Of a stretch of 64,000 nt of DNA, positions 13,010 through 25,394 are shown piece by piece. The translations under genes were made by a program, and so were the position numbers. Within the stretch, counting starts at the first letter, position 1. Each line of letters begins with the position of its first letter. Source of the stretch: Marsupella aquatica (Eukaryota > Plantae > Marchantiophyta); NCBI GenBank assembly GCA_973895155.1, contig OZ316895.1:6684184-6748183 (forward strand), written 5' to 3'. The notes beneath the pieces were generated by a model, which saw only the letters and a program-made list of their open reading frames with translations, had not been told where the DNA came from and did not search any database.

Positions 13010-14120
13010 TGGAGATGCTTGACGACCGCTACCCGAAGTTTGAGTGATCTGCTGCTGCTAGCCAAACCACCTACAAGCTAGAAAAAAAGAAGCCCAGACA
13101 GCAACGTATTCATTTCAAGATTACAACTACGGTAGCAGATGATTTGGGTTTTGCGTTGCTGGCAACCAACTACCATGTGGTCAACTGTGATACTATCTCA
13201 ATCAATCATCTATGTTTGGTTCATTACGGTCTTTTGTCGCAAATCTCTTGCAAGCCAATATGCGGGCGGACAATTCGAAGCAGCCTTAAAGCTTCGACCA
13301 GCAGAAGTGGCAGCTTACGCCTTCTGACGTACAGCGTTGCAATGTCTTTGTCTGGATACTAGACTGAGGTATGTGCACTCAGGATAGTGGAAAACTTTCA
13401 ATTCAATTGTGATCCAGATATATGTTCAGCTACACAAATTGCGTACATCTTTGCGAATAGGCCGACTCTATGGAATTGAACAGTTGTTTACTGAGACGGC
13501 ATATCCACTGCATATCCACTGTCAAATTTGGTAGACGAACTTGTTCTCGTTTGCATGCCTGTGCATATATATATCACGCGCTTAGAAGGCACTGAGAATT
13601 GTACGTTGGGCCTCTACCTTAGTTATGACATAAAGTTACCTGCGAGGTTCGTTCTAGATTCTAGCTCAAGTGATTTGAGTATTAAATTTTTGACAAGATC
13701 TTGGGATCTTCAATTCTAGTCCAAACCAATATCGGATGGAAATTTTCCAAGAATGAGAAATCTGGACTCAGTTTATGCGAGATAGAGACAAGAAGTGGTC
13801 GAAATGGATTCTGTATTATGAAGCATTTGCTTCTCCTAGAATGTTTTCTAAATGTCAGGGCGGTCAGTACGTGATCTGCTGGGCCAGTCTCTGTGTCGTT
13901 GCAAAGTCTACCCAGATAGAGAAAATGAAAACTTCCTCTGAAATATTCACTTAGTATGAGACCCATGCTACCAACAAATCACAATGCATTTTCCATCTAA
14001 GATAGTAATTCTGCTATAAACGAGGGTCTCATTTTCTTAAACTGCACTGAAATTTCCTTTCAATGATCTGTGATGACCTGGACAAATCATCGACATTTTG
14101 TGAGAATGATGGAATGACAT
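13010..14120 (+). repeat. Segmental duplication copy A, paralogous to 53808-54985
   Basis: Collinear high similarity over about 1.1 kb; the spurious minus-strand ORFs 13682-13966 and 54532-54822 are near-identical. Confidence 0.92.
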
Positions 14121-15644
14121 GTTGCAGTTCTAAGTCCAAGCAGGAGACGGCTACAGGCAAATTCTTTGTCTGTTAACAAATATACATTCAGTTCTTGATC
14201 CCATCGATCGAAATATGTTTAAGTCTCTTTTGGTACAATGGCATGATCAACACTTATCTTCTAGCAATATTCTGTCGAGCTAAGCATAAATCAAATTGGA
14301 AAACTCGTGCCTTCGATGAAAGTGTCGAATTGTACTTAAAGAAGAGGAACGAGAGAACAGAAAATATATACGCAAAGTCTACAGACTTGGCCGTTAATAG
14401 TGACGTTGAGGAAAAACAGCTCAATCTGTCCTCATCCTGTCTGCAGGTTTGACTCTAGGTTTGGAGGCTTTTGTTCTTTAGCAGTGCTACCATTATATAT
14501 ACTCACACACAGCTGCCCTTGTTTCAAACAAACATTGAATTGCGTGTGACTTTGCAAAGCAATTTGATCCAATGGCCCCCTTTGGTCAAACCTACCTAAT
14601 TATTTGATTCATTGATGACGTTTTCCCCCGCTGTCCACAGGTATACGGAATACCAAATGTTGCAGAGTGTTTTTCCTTCAAAAACAAAAATATATTGTTA
14701 AAAAGAAGAAACATATTGGTCAATGAAGAAGGGGTGACCAATATTTTTATAGTTCATAATTAATTTTTTCAAAAGTTCTTAAATAACATCTGAACAAATT
14801 TGACTGATTAAAATATTAAATTTCCTCATTTATGAGTTAAATAAATGTTATATCATTAGTTCATTTTTGAATAAATCTTATTATTCAAGACTTAAATAAA
14901 AAATTGTCATACAACAAAACAATTTTTTGTGGACTTTTCTAGATTTATATTTCTCACATTACCGAGGAGATGACAAAAATTAAGCCTAATATTTTAGGAA
15001 AAAAAGCTTACCTCAAAAACGTAGAAGAGGAATGGGAAATAAAAAGCCTCAACAATGGATGTGAGTGTGTTTTTATTTTCTTTCTAAGTTACAAAGTTTT
15101 TGAACGGCCAAGTTTAAGAGGCAGACGCAAAGTTTTCTCAAGCACTTCAAATATGTGCAAATATTTGGAAGTACTTTGGAATGAGGTGTAAATTTTTAAA
15201 TGAGGCGCAAATGATTGAGATTGTAATTTTTTACACACACTTGATATGCGTGCGTAAGTTTTTTACACACGCTTGATTGACATGCATGATACAGTGCAAA
15301 TTTTATTGGAGGTACGGTTTAACCAAGATGGAAAAAATATAAACACCCGTGCAAACATGGAGCCAAAGAGAGTTCCTGAATTTTTGTCAACATACCGTGG
15401 TTAGAAGTGAACTTATGAATGACACATATGTAGCGTACAACATTAAAGAAATATATGTATAATCTTAAATAATACGTAATAGGGTAATCTATCAACAAAG
15501 GTTAACTCTTGGTATAACACATCAAGTTTCGTGATGTTTTGTAATTCTTGGTGGGTTTTTTCTTTCCTTAACCAATGAGTCTTCATTCCAGATGCCAAAA
15601 ACATTTTTGGATAGCATTTGCTTATGGACAGTTTGCAGACTTAC

Positions 15645-16150
15645 CCTGGGTATTTGGGTAATAGGGTACTCTATGATTTTTGGTGACATTTTGGGTACCC
15701 TTTGGTAATCTAGAGTACTCTTAGGTACTCTATGATATTTGGAGTACTCCTGGGTACTACGGAGCCCTCTATGATATGTAGGGTGCTATGGGTCACTCAA
15801 TATATGATATAAGGGACATTTTGAGTACCCTTTGGTAATGTAAAGGACTATGGGGTATTTTATGATATTTGGGGTACTCTAAGACACTCTAAATATTCAG
15901 AGACATTTTGGCTACCCTTTGGTAAAGCAGAGGAATGTGGGTCATTTTATGACATATGGGCGGGCATATGGGGTACTCAAAGATTCATCCTCTAGATATT
16001 CAGAGACATTTTGGCTACCCTTTCATAATCTATAGTACTTTGGAGTACTCTAAGACAGTGTGCTATGGGGCATTTTGGGTACAATTTATTAATCTACAGA
16101 ATTAGTCTTGTATACTCTATAATATTTGGGGAACTATGGGGTACTGGATG
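15645..16150. repeat. Degenerate tandem repeat region
   Basis: Recurring GACATTTTGGGTACCCTTTGGTAA and GGGTACTCTATGATATTT modules. Confidence 0.75.
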
Positions 16151-16684
16151 ATATGCAAAGAGCTCTGTTTTTAATTGCTGAGTATTGTACTCACACGGTT
16201 AAGATCATGCCTCAATTGGATGAAACAAACTGAGAATTGGATCTGTCCTAACCAGAAGAGAAGGCGCAACTTGCCCACTTGGGCTTTTGAGGATTCACCA
16301 CTCAAAATGAACCAGCACAGCATTAGTGTTGCTATTATGTCCAAAATGATGATACCTAGCTATTTGCATGGAATCCAGTAAAAGGTGGTATGATTTATGT
16401 GCTTTGTTATGGCTTTGTAAAGTCTTTACTACAATGATGACCGTTCTGTGGCTTGCAAAAGTGAAATACAGGCTTGTGAAGCATCAGCAGAACAAATAAG
16501 GCCGCAATGGTGTATGTGCTAATGTTTGCAATATACTTTCTTTTTTCCTAGACAGTATAAACCTAGTCTATTCTCAGTTGCTCAATATATCATGCATCTT
16601 TCTCAAAAGTGAACCCAAACATTTTGGGTAATTCTCGAAAGGACCCATTGATAATTTTTATTGTTTAAATAATTTTCTAGTTAC

Positions 16685-17720
16685 TTTTTTTTATAGAAAA
16701 TACATGTTTATTAGAGAAGCCACCACGACGAAAACCAGCAAGGGAGACAACAAACCACACAAAGGGCCACACACACCCCAAACGACCACTAAATGCCAAA
16801 AACCACCCCAACAGAACACAAGGTCACCTCCTAAAGAAGCGCCAAGGGGGGAGAAAGCAAAAAAACTAAGTTACACTGACAACAGACAAACAAGGCACCG
16901 CCCGCAGGCAAAGGGGGGCCTCCACACTGGAATGAGCAAGGTTCCAACAGCAAAGACCTAAGCTATGGGGGACTAGTGCCAGTAGAAGCCCTAGCAGTCA
17001 GTTCAATGAGTTCAAGAATGGTTTGATGTAGCCGTCTGGCCTTCTACACACTGTGAGTCTGCTGAAGGCTAGCATGAACTTGAACATCAACATCTTTGAG
17101 GATGATGTGCAATGGAAACCTGGTAGAGGTAGCTTCTCATGGATGAGGAGAAGGACGCCAGGGTTGCGCTTTTGCATGGGACCTAATAGCAGTGTCAATC
17201 TTGCCAAAGAAGGAGCATCCAACAGCCTTGTTCAGACTGGTGGCAATAGCAATGATTTAAAGATGGGTCCACTGGGATTGCAGCCTAGGACAGTCATAGA
17301 ACATGTGCTCAATGGGGTCTCCATGTGTCCTTGGCAGGCGGTGCAATGGCCATCACTCACTTTCCATTTCAAAGCATGCAAATTAGAACCCTGGATGGAG
17401 CACCTTCCAAAAGACAAGTTTAACACTAGGTGAGGTCCAACCTTTCCATAGATGCGTCCATCGCTCCTCCAGAGGTCTTGTCCCGGGTCTTGTGTGTCAA
17501 GAGAGAACCACCTACGGTTGAGTTGGGCCGTGGGGTAAGTTGGGGTTGCACCATTGCCGCCCACGTCTTGGTAGGAAGGTGCCATCCTCTTTTCACACCA
17601 TTGGGCCATTTCCAAACCCACCCCTCTGATGTGAGGAGTCTCCCTGTTATTTCCTCTTGTATCTTTGTACAAAGCAATCCTATTTGCATCTTTCTTCTTA
17701 GAAGACACATCTAACAAAGG
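16685..17720 (-). mobile_element. 5'-truncated LINE 3' fragment
   Basis: zf-RVT-like segment GHCTACQGHMETP; T-run at 16685-16692 consistent with a poly(A) tail. Confidence 0.65.
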
Positions 17721-18734
17721 AATATAACTAGAGTTATAGCTTGCACTGAGGAAAGTAAATTAGTCTACGTTCCAACAGCAGCATCCAAATCAAGTAGGAG
17801 ATTTCATACTCAAGTTAGGCCTTGATTGCTTCTCAACTTTGTCATTTTATAGATCATAGGTGCAACAAATAATAATTCATCATCAATTATAGCAAAAGAC
17901 CCTCTAAGTATGGGTTCTTGTGTCAATGAAAGTAGGGTTAAAGGGTAGTGATGTTGTTATGGCTCAAGAGCTATGATAATTGCAAAAATGGCTTTGAGAT
18001 CCTCCAAAGCGAGAAGTAATGCCCTCAAGTGCATAATGTAAGAAATTATGGTTAATCAATCTACAACATGCTCACCATAATTTATTGGTTATTCTTGTGA
18101 GCCAATTAAGAATTTGTCCCATTCTGGATACTTAAGAGCTCCAAGGACATATGAGCGGGTATGAGTTGAATCTTCTCATCTTCATTTCCTTATTGCAATG
18201 GTAGATTGTAGAAAGGGTTTGATCAACACTTAAGGTCTGCAAATTCAGTTCTTCATGTCTTTCAGTTTCAAGTTTATCCTCTCTTAATTGGTACCATAGT
18301 AGGATTGGGGAAACCGCCGGGGGGGGGGGGCACCTCTCAGTACTAGGTGCAGATGAATGAAATCCACTACTACTTTCATCTGCCAATTAATATCACCTTC
18401 ACTCACATTGTTCCTCGTCTTCTATATATGAACATTAGTAGCTAGGCCAAGTAGGACTAGATTCAAAGATGTTTTGGACTCTACCCTAGGGAATCATTGG
18501 CAAGTTAGATTATTAGAATGTGATGCAAAAAGAGAAGGCTAATCTTTTAAATATAGTTGGGCTACTAATCATAACCAAAGACTTGACTGTACCAAAGATA
18601 TTTAATAATCTAATTTTGACAAAATTATGAATTAGCAAGGTACTCATTTTTTTTCAAATTTGTATAAAAAAGATGCAAATGGTTTTTAATTTAATTGATA
18701 CATTTTTTTGTAGAATAATTGTTTATTCTCACAT

Positions 18735-18905
18735 ATTTGTGGGGGCTTTACATTAAGCAACTCCCCAAATGGGCTCTGACCTCTCAAATTGGCAACTATA
18801 GAGTCTACTTCCTAGCAAAATTTGTGGTGGCTTTACATTAAGCAACTCCCCAAATGGGCTCTGACCTCTCAAATTGGCAACTATAGAGTCTACTTCCTAG
18901 CAAAA
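18735..18905. repeat. 85-bp tandem duplication
   Basis: TTTGTGG...CCTAGCAAAA at 18736 and 18821. Confidence 0.93.
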
Positions 18906-19129
18906 TCTTGAGATACTTCATCACTGGTTCATTTTGGTGAAGTCTCTCCATTGGTAGTCTCTACATCCAATTTGTCCCTCTCATGTCACTAAGCAATTGT
19001 AACCTCTATCACTTATTTCTTCACTGGTATATGCAATATTCATGCCAATAAGCCTAAGTAACACAAATAATTGGCCAAGCAAGTAAGTAGGCTTGGTATT
19101 CTTTCACCAAATAACCACAACATGTTCGA

Positions 19130-19239
19130 TGTCATGGAATGAATGAGAATAAGTAAGTGTGTAGTCATGAATGTGAGTACATATAGTGTGGTTGGGTGAT
19201 CGGCTGGTCCGGTCGTCCGGTCAGAGGTAGAGTCTAACA
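19130..19239 (-). repeat. 3' LTR of the copia element
   Basis: 110 bp, identical to 25285-25394. Confidence 0.97.
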
Positions 19240-19669
19240 CTCCCCTTTGGATATATAGTGACAACTATATAGACAACATAGACTATACCTATTATATCAT
19301 GTTCATAGGAAATACATGATATAAGTACAAGCGAGCTCGTTAAAAAACCTTTATCAACTCTAGCTTAGTAAAAACTCTACCAGTGTAGCAGAGAAAAAAT
19401 ATGAGTGCTAAAGGAAAAAGAGTGCAGCCTAACAGTCCTCGTCTTAATAAATGTCAATGTTAAGTAAAGTTAGATGTTATAGTAAATCTAGCTTGAACAT
19501 CTGTCCCAACAGTAGGTCATCAACATCATGTCATCAGCATCATGTCGTTAGCATCATCAAGCATTATGTGGAGCAGCAGCCTCAACGGTCATCATGCGTC
19601 GCACGCTCCGCAGTCCAATCGCCTGGCAATGTCGGTGGTGAACTGATGGCGATAGTGATTTGGTGAAGA

Positions 19670-22600
19670 GATCCGCACAGTTGTCTGCACTTGAAATCTG
19701 CAAAATGTTGATCTCTTTTCCATGTAACTCGTGGGTGTAGAAAAACTTCGGAGCTATATGCTTCACGCGATCGCCTTTGATGAATCATTTCGTGATCTGC
19801 TGTATACATGCTGCGTTATCCTCAAAAATGTTAGTAGGCTTCATTAGTGGTGGTAGGCTGCATTTGGTGTTGATGTGATTTATAAAGGATCGTAACCAAA
19901 CGGCTTCACGACTAGCCTCATGTAGAGCTAAAATCTCTGAGTGATTCGATGAGGTTGCTGTTAGGGTCTGTTTCACGCTTTTCCAAGAAAAAGTGGTACC
20001 CCCAATAGTAAAAACATATCCGGTTTGGGATTTTGCGGTGTCAGTGTCGGAAAGATATCCGGCATCCGCATATCCTATGAGTTTGTGGTTTGCACCGAAT
20101 GGGTAAAATAACCCAACATCGGTGCTGCCACGCAGATACCTAAATATGTGCTTAACTCCGTTCCAGTGTCTGGCTGTGGGAGTTGCACTGTGTCTAGCTA
20201 GTAAGTTAACTGCAAATGCAATGTCTGGTCGAGTCTGATTTGCTAGGTACATTAATGCTCCTATCGCAGAAAGATACGGAGTTTCTGGTCCTAATATTGG
20301 TTCATGTTTTTCGTGCTTGCGAAAAACATCAGTATTGTTTTCTAATGAACGTACAACCATTGGTGATGTCAATGGGTGTGCTAGGTTCATATTGAACTGT
20401 TTTAGGATCTTTTTGGTTTGTGTGGTTTGATGGAGCATCATGCCACTAGGTAAGATCTCCAGTTGTAAGCCTAAGCAAAAGTTTGTATGTCCAAGGTCTT
20501 TCATCTCAAATGTTGATTTAAGACGGGTAATTGTATCTTCTGTAATTTGGGGTGTCCCAAATATATTTAAGTCATCAACATAGATAGAAACAATGACATA
20601 TTCGTCATCCATATGTTTAATAAATAAACATGGGGTAATGGCATCATGGGAAAAACCCATGGCAATCATTTCATCAGTAAATCTTTGATACCATACTCTG
20701 CCACTTTGTTTCAGGCCATATAATGCCTTCAACACGCGGATAGCTAGTCCACGGCGAGTATTCCGTACGATTGACACAGAGGTGTCGTTGTTATGAGTTA
20801 TATGTGTAGATGACACATGAGGTATAACTTGAGATAATTGTTTTATAATCTTATGTAAATATGGGATATGCGATTTAGCGCCTTGAGCTAGAGCTCGGCG
20901 ACGTTGCTCCAACTCGGGAGGTGATCGCATGTATAGACAAGTGTTTAAAGTTCCGTATAGATATGCGGTCGCAACATCCAGTTGTCGTATCTGTAGTTTA
21001 TGAAAAATGGCAAATCCGATAAGGTATCGGAATGTTGTGCTATCCATAACCGGTGAGTAAGTTTCATCGTAATGAATTCCCGGTTGTTGGGTAAATCCTT
21101 TCCCTACCAGACGTGCTTTGTAGCGTACAACTTGGCCTTTATCATTTCTTTTGCGGGCGAATGTCCACTTGTAGCCAATGAGGTGTACGTCTTGAGGTGT
21201 TGGCTCAACTAGGCCAAAAGTGTGTCTGCTTAGTAGGGAATCTAATTCTCCGTTTATAGCTTTTTGCCCAATCTGGTCTGTTTTGGCATTCTAATATGGA
21301 TATTGGTTCGGGTGTTTCGTCTGTGATATGTGTTGCCACCATTAATGCAAAAGTATCATCTATTGAAGTAGTATTTCTATCCCACATTGCACCGGTGTGT
21401 GCGTAGTGGATAGAAATCTCTTCATGAGTTGTGGATTTGGTATGATCGACATCAGGTGAAGGTGGTATAGATGAACCACGCCTTCTTGGTTGTTTATCCT
21501 TTGATCCCAAGGGTCTGCCACGTTTGGCACGAGGTTGGGATGTACTTGCTGGCTCACTTGATAATTTGATGCGAGCAGAAGCTCTCGCAACTGAAATATG
21601 TGAGCGGCTAACTTGTGATGTATCGACAAAAGCGTCGAGAAGTTCTTCCACAATCTTGTGGAGTTGTAAAATTCTTTGAACTTCTTTCTCCCCTTGACTG
21701 GTTCGAAGGTCTTGCCAAAATGGCGAATGTCTTTCCCACTCCAAAGGTGGTTGTGGGTGTTCAGGGGTTATTAATGATGGATAAACGTGTTCATCAAAAT
21801 GGCAATCTAGGAATCTAGATTTAAAAACGTCGCCAGTTGTAGGCTCCATATATTGGATTATGGACGGTGAGTCGAATCCGATGTATATCCCCTTCTGTCA
21901 TTGGGGTCCCATCTTGGTTTGTTTGGGTGGAGTAATGGGGACCATTACTTGACATCCAAATGAACGAAGGTGGGATAGGTCAGGTTTAATACCATTAGCA
22001 ATTTGGTATGGGCTATAGGTATTAAAAGCCGATGGATGGTATTGAATTAGTGCAGTAGCCTATAATATGGCATGTCCCCATGCTGAGACGGGGAGTTTCG
22101 ACTGCATTAGTAGTGGGCGTGCGATTAACTGAAGGCGTTTAATGACAGCTTCAGCTAATCCGTTCTGAAAATGCACATGAGGTATAGGATATTGTACGTC
22201 GATGCCAAGTGAAGTGCAAAAGTCATCAAATGTTTTGGATGTGAATTCCCCTACATTGTCCACCCTTAGTGTCTTAATGGGGTGATCTGGGAATTGTGCT
22301 TTCACGCGCAAGATTTGCGCCAAAATGCGAGGTATAACCATGTTCCTTGTTGAAAGCAGGGTCACATTTGACCATTTAGTTGATGCGTCGATTAATACCA
22401 TAAAGTAGCGGAAAGGTCCGCTCGGTGGGTTAATTGGCCCGCAAACATCTGCATGGATGATTTCCAAGAATTTGGGTATTCTGGTTGGCAATTTTGATGC
22501 CGTTGGCCTTGTTATTAATTTGCCACGTGAGCATGCAGTGCATGGGGTGCTCGCTGGAATGTGGCGTGTATTGATTGGAATGCCTCTTGAATTCTTAATG

Positions 22601-24233
22601 ATTTTGGTTAGCATTGATTGGCCGGGGTGGCCGAGGCATGCATGCCAAAGCGTAGGCAATTCGCTTGTGTTAGCATTGTTATGCAGGCATTCAATATGAG
22701 TTACATAAAACCCGCAAGGGTACAAGAAAAGGGTTTCTTTAATGATTTTCCCTGTAGGGGTATTTTCAACCAAGTGGATGACTTCTTGGTCTCTTGTATC
22801 GCCTGTTTGGACGTGTAGTCCATTTGCTCGTATATCTCTAAAACTGAGGAGATTACGAGTTGCATTCGGTGCGAAAATAGCAGATTCTATGTGTATTTCT
22901 ATACCCTGCAGGAGTCTAATAGAAGCTGGGCCAAAGCCCTCTTCTATTTGGCTAGGGCCATTTATGGTGGTCAAGGACCTACGTGAGGGTGTGATCTTGT
23001 GGAAAAGGTGCCTATCCCGGAGGATAGTATGCGTCGTCGCACTGTCGATAATACATGTGCTTGGACTATTTAGATCTGGTGTAGTGGAGCTACTTGCCAC
23101 TAAGTGTGCCTCGGGTTGGGCAGGTAGATCTGAAAAGTCTTGGAATGGGTCACTAGACTCCATAAACGCCCCGTGGGTTTCACGGGGTGTTGCCCTAGAG
23201 GTTTGTCCATCCTGGAGGGACCGTTGATATAGTTCTCTAAGGTGTTGCGGGATTCTACAGTTTCTCGCTAGGTGGTTTGTCATGCCACATTCGTGGTATT
23301 TCGGGCGTTCCCGTTGTTGTCTGGATTGTGACCAATCATCTCTGCGGTTGTTGTTATATGTTCTTCCACCACCGCGTCCACCGCATCCACCACGTCCGCC
23401 ATGTCCTCCTCGTCCTACTCGTCCTCCACGTCCTTCTCGTCCACCACGTCCTCCACATCCTCTAAAGGTCCGTTGGGAGTTATATTGTGGACGTTGGTTA
23501 TAGAAACTCCCCATGTTGTGGGTGTTTCTCCGGTTGCCATTCTTAGTGCGCTTTATGCCTTGCCTCGATGTGGAGGGTTCAGCGTTTTCTATATTATGGG
23601 TTTCATTCTGTGGTCCTGAGGCAGTGTGCCCGCAGGGCATTTTCTAGAGTTTACTAAAAGGAGCTCTTGGTTTCTTTCGGTGACTAGGAGGTGGGCTATG
23701 AGCTCGGAGTATTGCCCGAACTTCATGTTTTGGTGCTGTGTTGATAGTAACACATTCGATGAATGAAACGTCGACAAGGTCTTCTCTAGCAGATCCTTGT
23801 CCGTGACTTGCTCGCCACATAGTGCGAGGGTTGATGTTATTCTAAAGAGTTCGCTATTGTAGGCTAAAATAGAGGTAAAGTCCTGGACTCGTAGGTTTAG
23901 CCAGTCTTGCCTGGCTTTAGGTAGTTCGACCAGTTTTTGGTGGTCGAATCGGGTCTGGAGCGATGTCCATAGTTCACGAGGGGTTGAGAGGTGCATGTAT
24001 TGTCTTTGTAGGAATCTATGGATATGACGTCTAAGGAATACTAGAGCCTTAGATTCATTGGCTTTAGTTAACGGGTCTGGTTGGGGTTCGCCAGCTAGTA
24101 TGGGTTGGGCCATCCCTATAGCTGGGAGTAGGGTTAGCGAGGTAAGGTTCTCTCTGAGGTTCATCGACCATTCCAGGTAGTTGCTACCATCGATTTCTAG
24201 GGCTGGAAAAGTTAATTTCTCGAGGTTGGTCAT
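19670..24233 (-). pseudogene. Copia gag-pol polyprotein, interrupted
   Basis: ORF pieces 24233-23589 (Gag), 23640-22060 (RGG, Zn knuckle, protease, integrase), 21849-21205 and 21047-19785 (RT, RNase H). Frameshifts near 23620 and 21260; stops at about 22060, 21898 and 19785. Confidence 0.93.
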
Positions 24234-25284
24234 CGGGGTGGTGGCTTGATTCCTTTTAATGGTAGTTGAGGCTTATATACTAGTAAGTATAGTGAGAAAC
24301 GACAAAGCACATTTCTGCGGTGGGGCTGGGTGGAGAGAGCATGTAAATCCGAAATTCAATTTTAGGGTTTGCACTTAGGATTTAGGTTTTCCTTGGTATT
24401 TGGTTAACTGCAAAGTTTCCTTTGTATGTGCTCTTTCCTTTGTTGAATTGTGCAGTAATGAAGTTTTTCAGTTTGTGCAGTTATGGGTGATTATTTACTG
24501 GTGCCCTGGTTAAGTGCACATTCGGCTTTGTAACTAGAATCTCTTTGACAGATGTTGCAATTAAAGAGGGTTTGCGGTTATGTGCGGTTATGGATCGTGC
24601 ACTTAGCGGATTTTGATCGGGCTCGACGTTTTGTCGATGAAATGTGGTGCAATCTCCCTTCTTGGTGGCCCCCTTGCTGGTGCTCCTTTGACGCCTCTTG
24701 TCCTTATGAATTCAGTGGTTCTTCTCGGTTCTGCGCTGCTCCCACCGGTTCTGCCGCTGCTATCCTTTTCGAAATCTTCTTAGGTCATGTCGCTTCGGCC
24801 TGCTTGCGAGTGTGTTTGATCCAATCACGAAGGCTATTCGGATCTTTTTTTTTTATGGGCGATCAGTCTTGGTATTAATCAATTGTGTCCTCGCTCCCTA
24901 TTTCCTTCGTATGGTGCTCCGCTGTTTCATGTTTCACAGGTGCCTCCTCTCGAAATTAATCCTTTGTCTCTTTGGTCGTGTTTGCCCTATCATTCCGCAT
25001 AGTTGTGGGATTCTTAATCGAAGTGCCTCGAGTTCTCTTTCTCCTTTGTCATCATCGATCCATCCCAATCGCAAACATGGCTCAACTTCTGCTGCGCATT
25101 CCTTGTGCTTCGCAAGCTTCTTCATGCGATGTCTTCTAGCGCCGGGTCCATGTCCTGCGCAGCTTCTTCCTTCGATTTTCGAAAAAGCTTACGTTTGTAT
25201 CAGCCATGTTCTTTTTTCAACGTGCACTCTCAATTCGCCATAGCCTTGCTCAGATCCTCGGAGAGACGATTCGTGCTGATAACG

Positions 25285-25394
25285 TGTCATGGAATGAATG
25301 AGAATAAGTAAGTGTGTAGTCATGAATGTGAGTACATATAGTGTGGTTGGGTGATCGGCTGGTCCGGTCGTCCGGTCAGAGGTAGAGTCTAACA
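25285..25394 (-). repeat. 5' LTR of the copia element
   Basis: 110 bp, followed on the minus strand by the PBS. Confidence 0.97.

Larger units (their letters stand above)
19130..25394 (-). mobile_element. Full-length Ty1/copia LTR retrotransposon, Bianca-like lineage, coding region disrupted
   Basis: Identical 110-bp TG...CA LTRs and a 5-bp TSD TTCGA (19125-19129, 25395-25399). PBS CGTTATCAGCACGA (25271-25284) and PPT AAAGGGGAG next to the 3' LTR. Domain order Gag, protease (IIDSATT), integrase (HHCC, HADVCGP, NGLAE), RT (ALYGLKQSGR, YVDD), RNase H (YADAGY, FEDN). Confidence 0.97.

Noticed and set aside
13682-13966. Duplicated minus-strand ORFs (also 54532-54822) as a real gene
   Set aside because: Indels break the frame between copies and no domain is recognisable; similarity is explained by segmental duplication.
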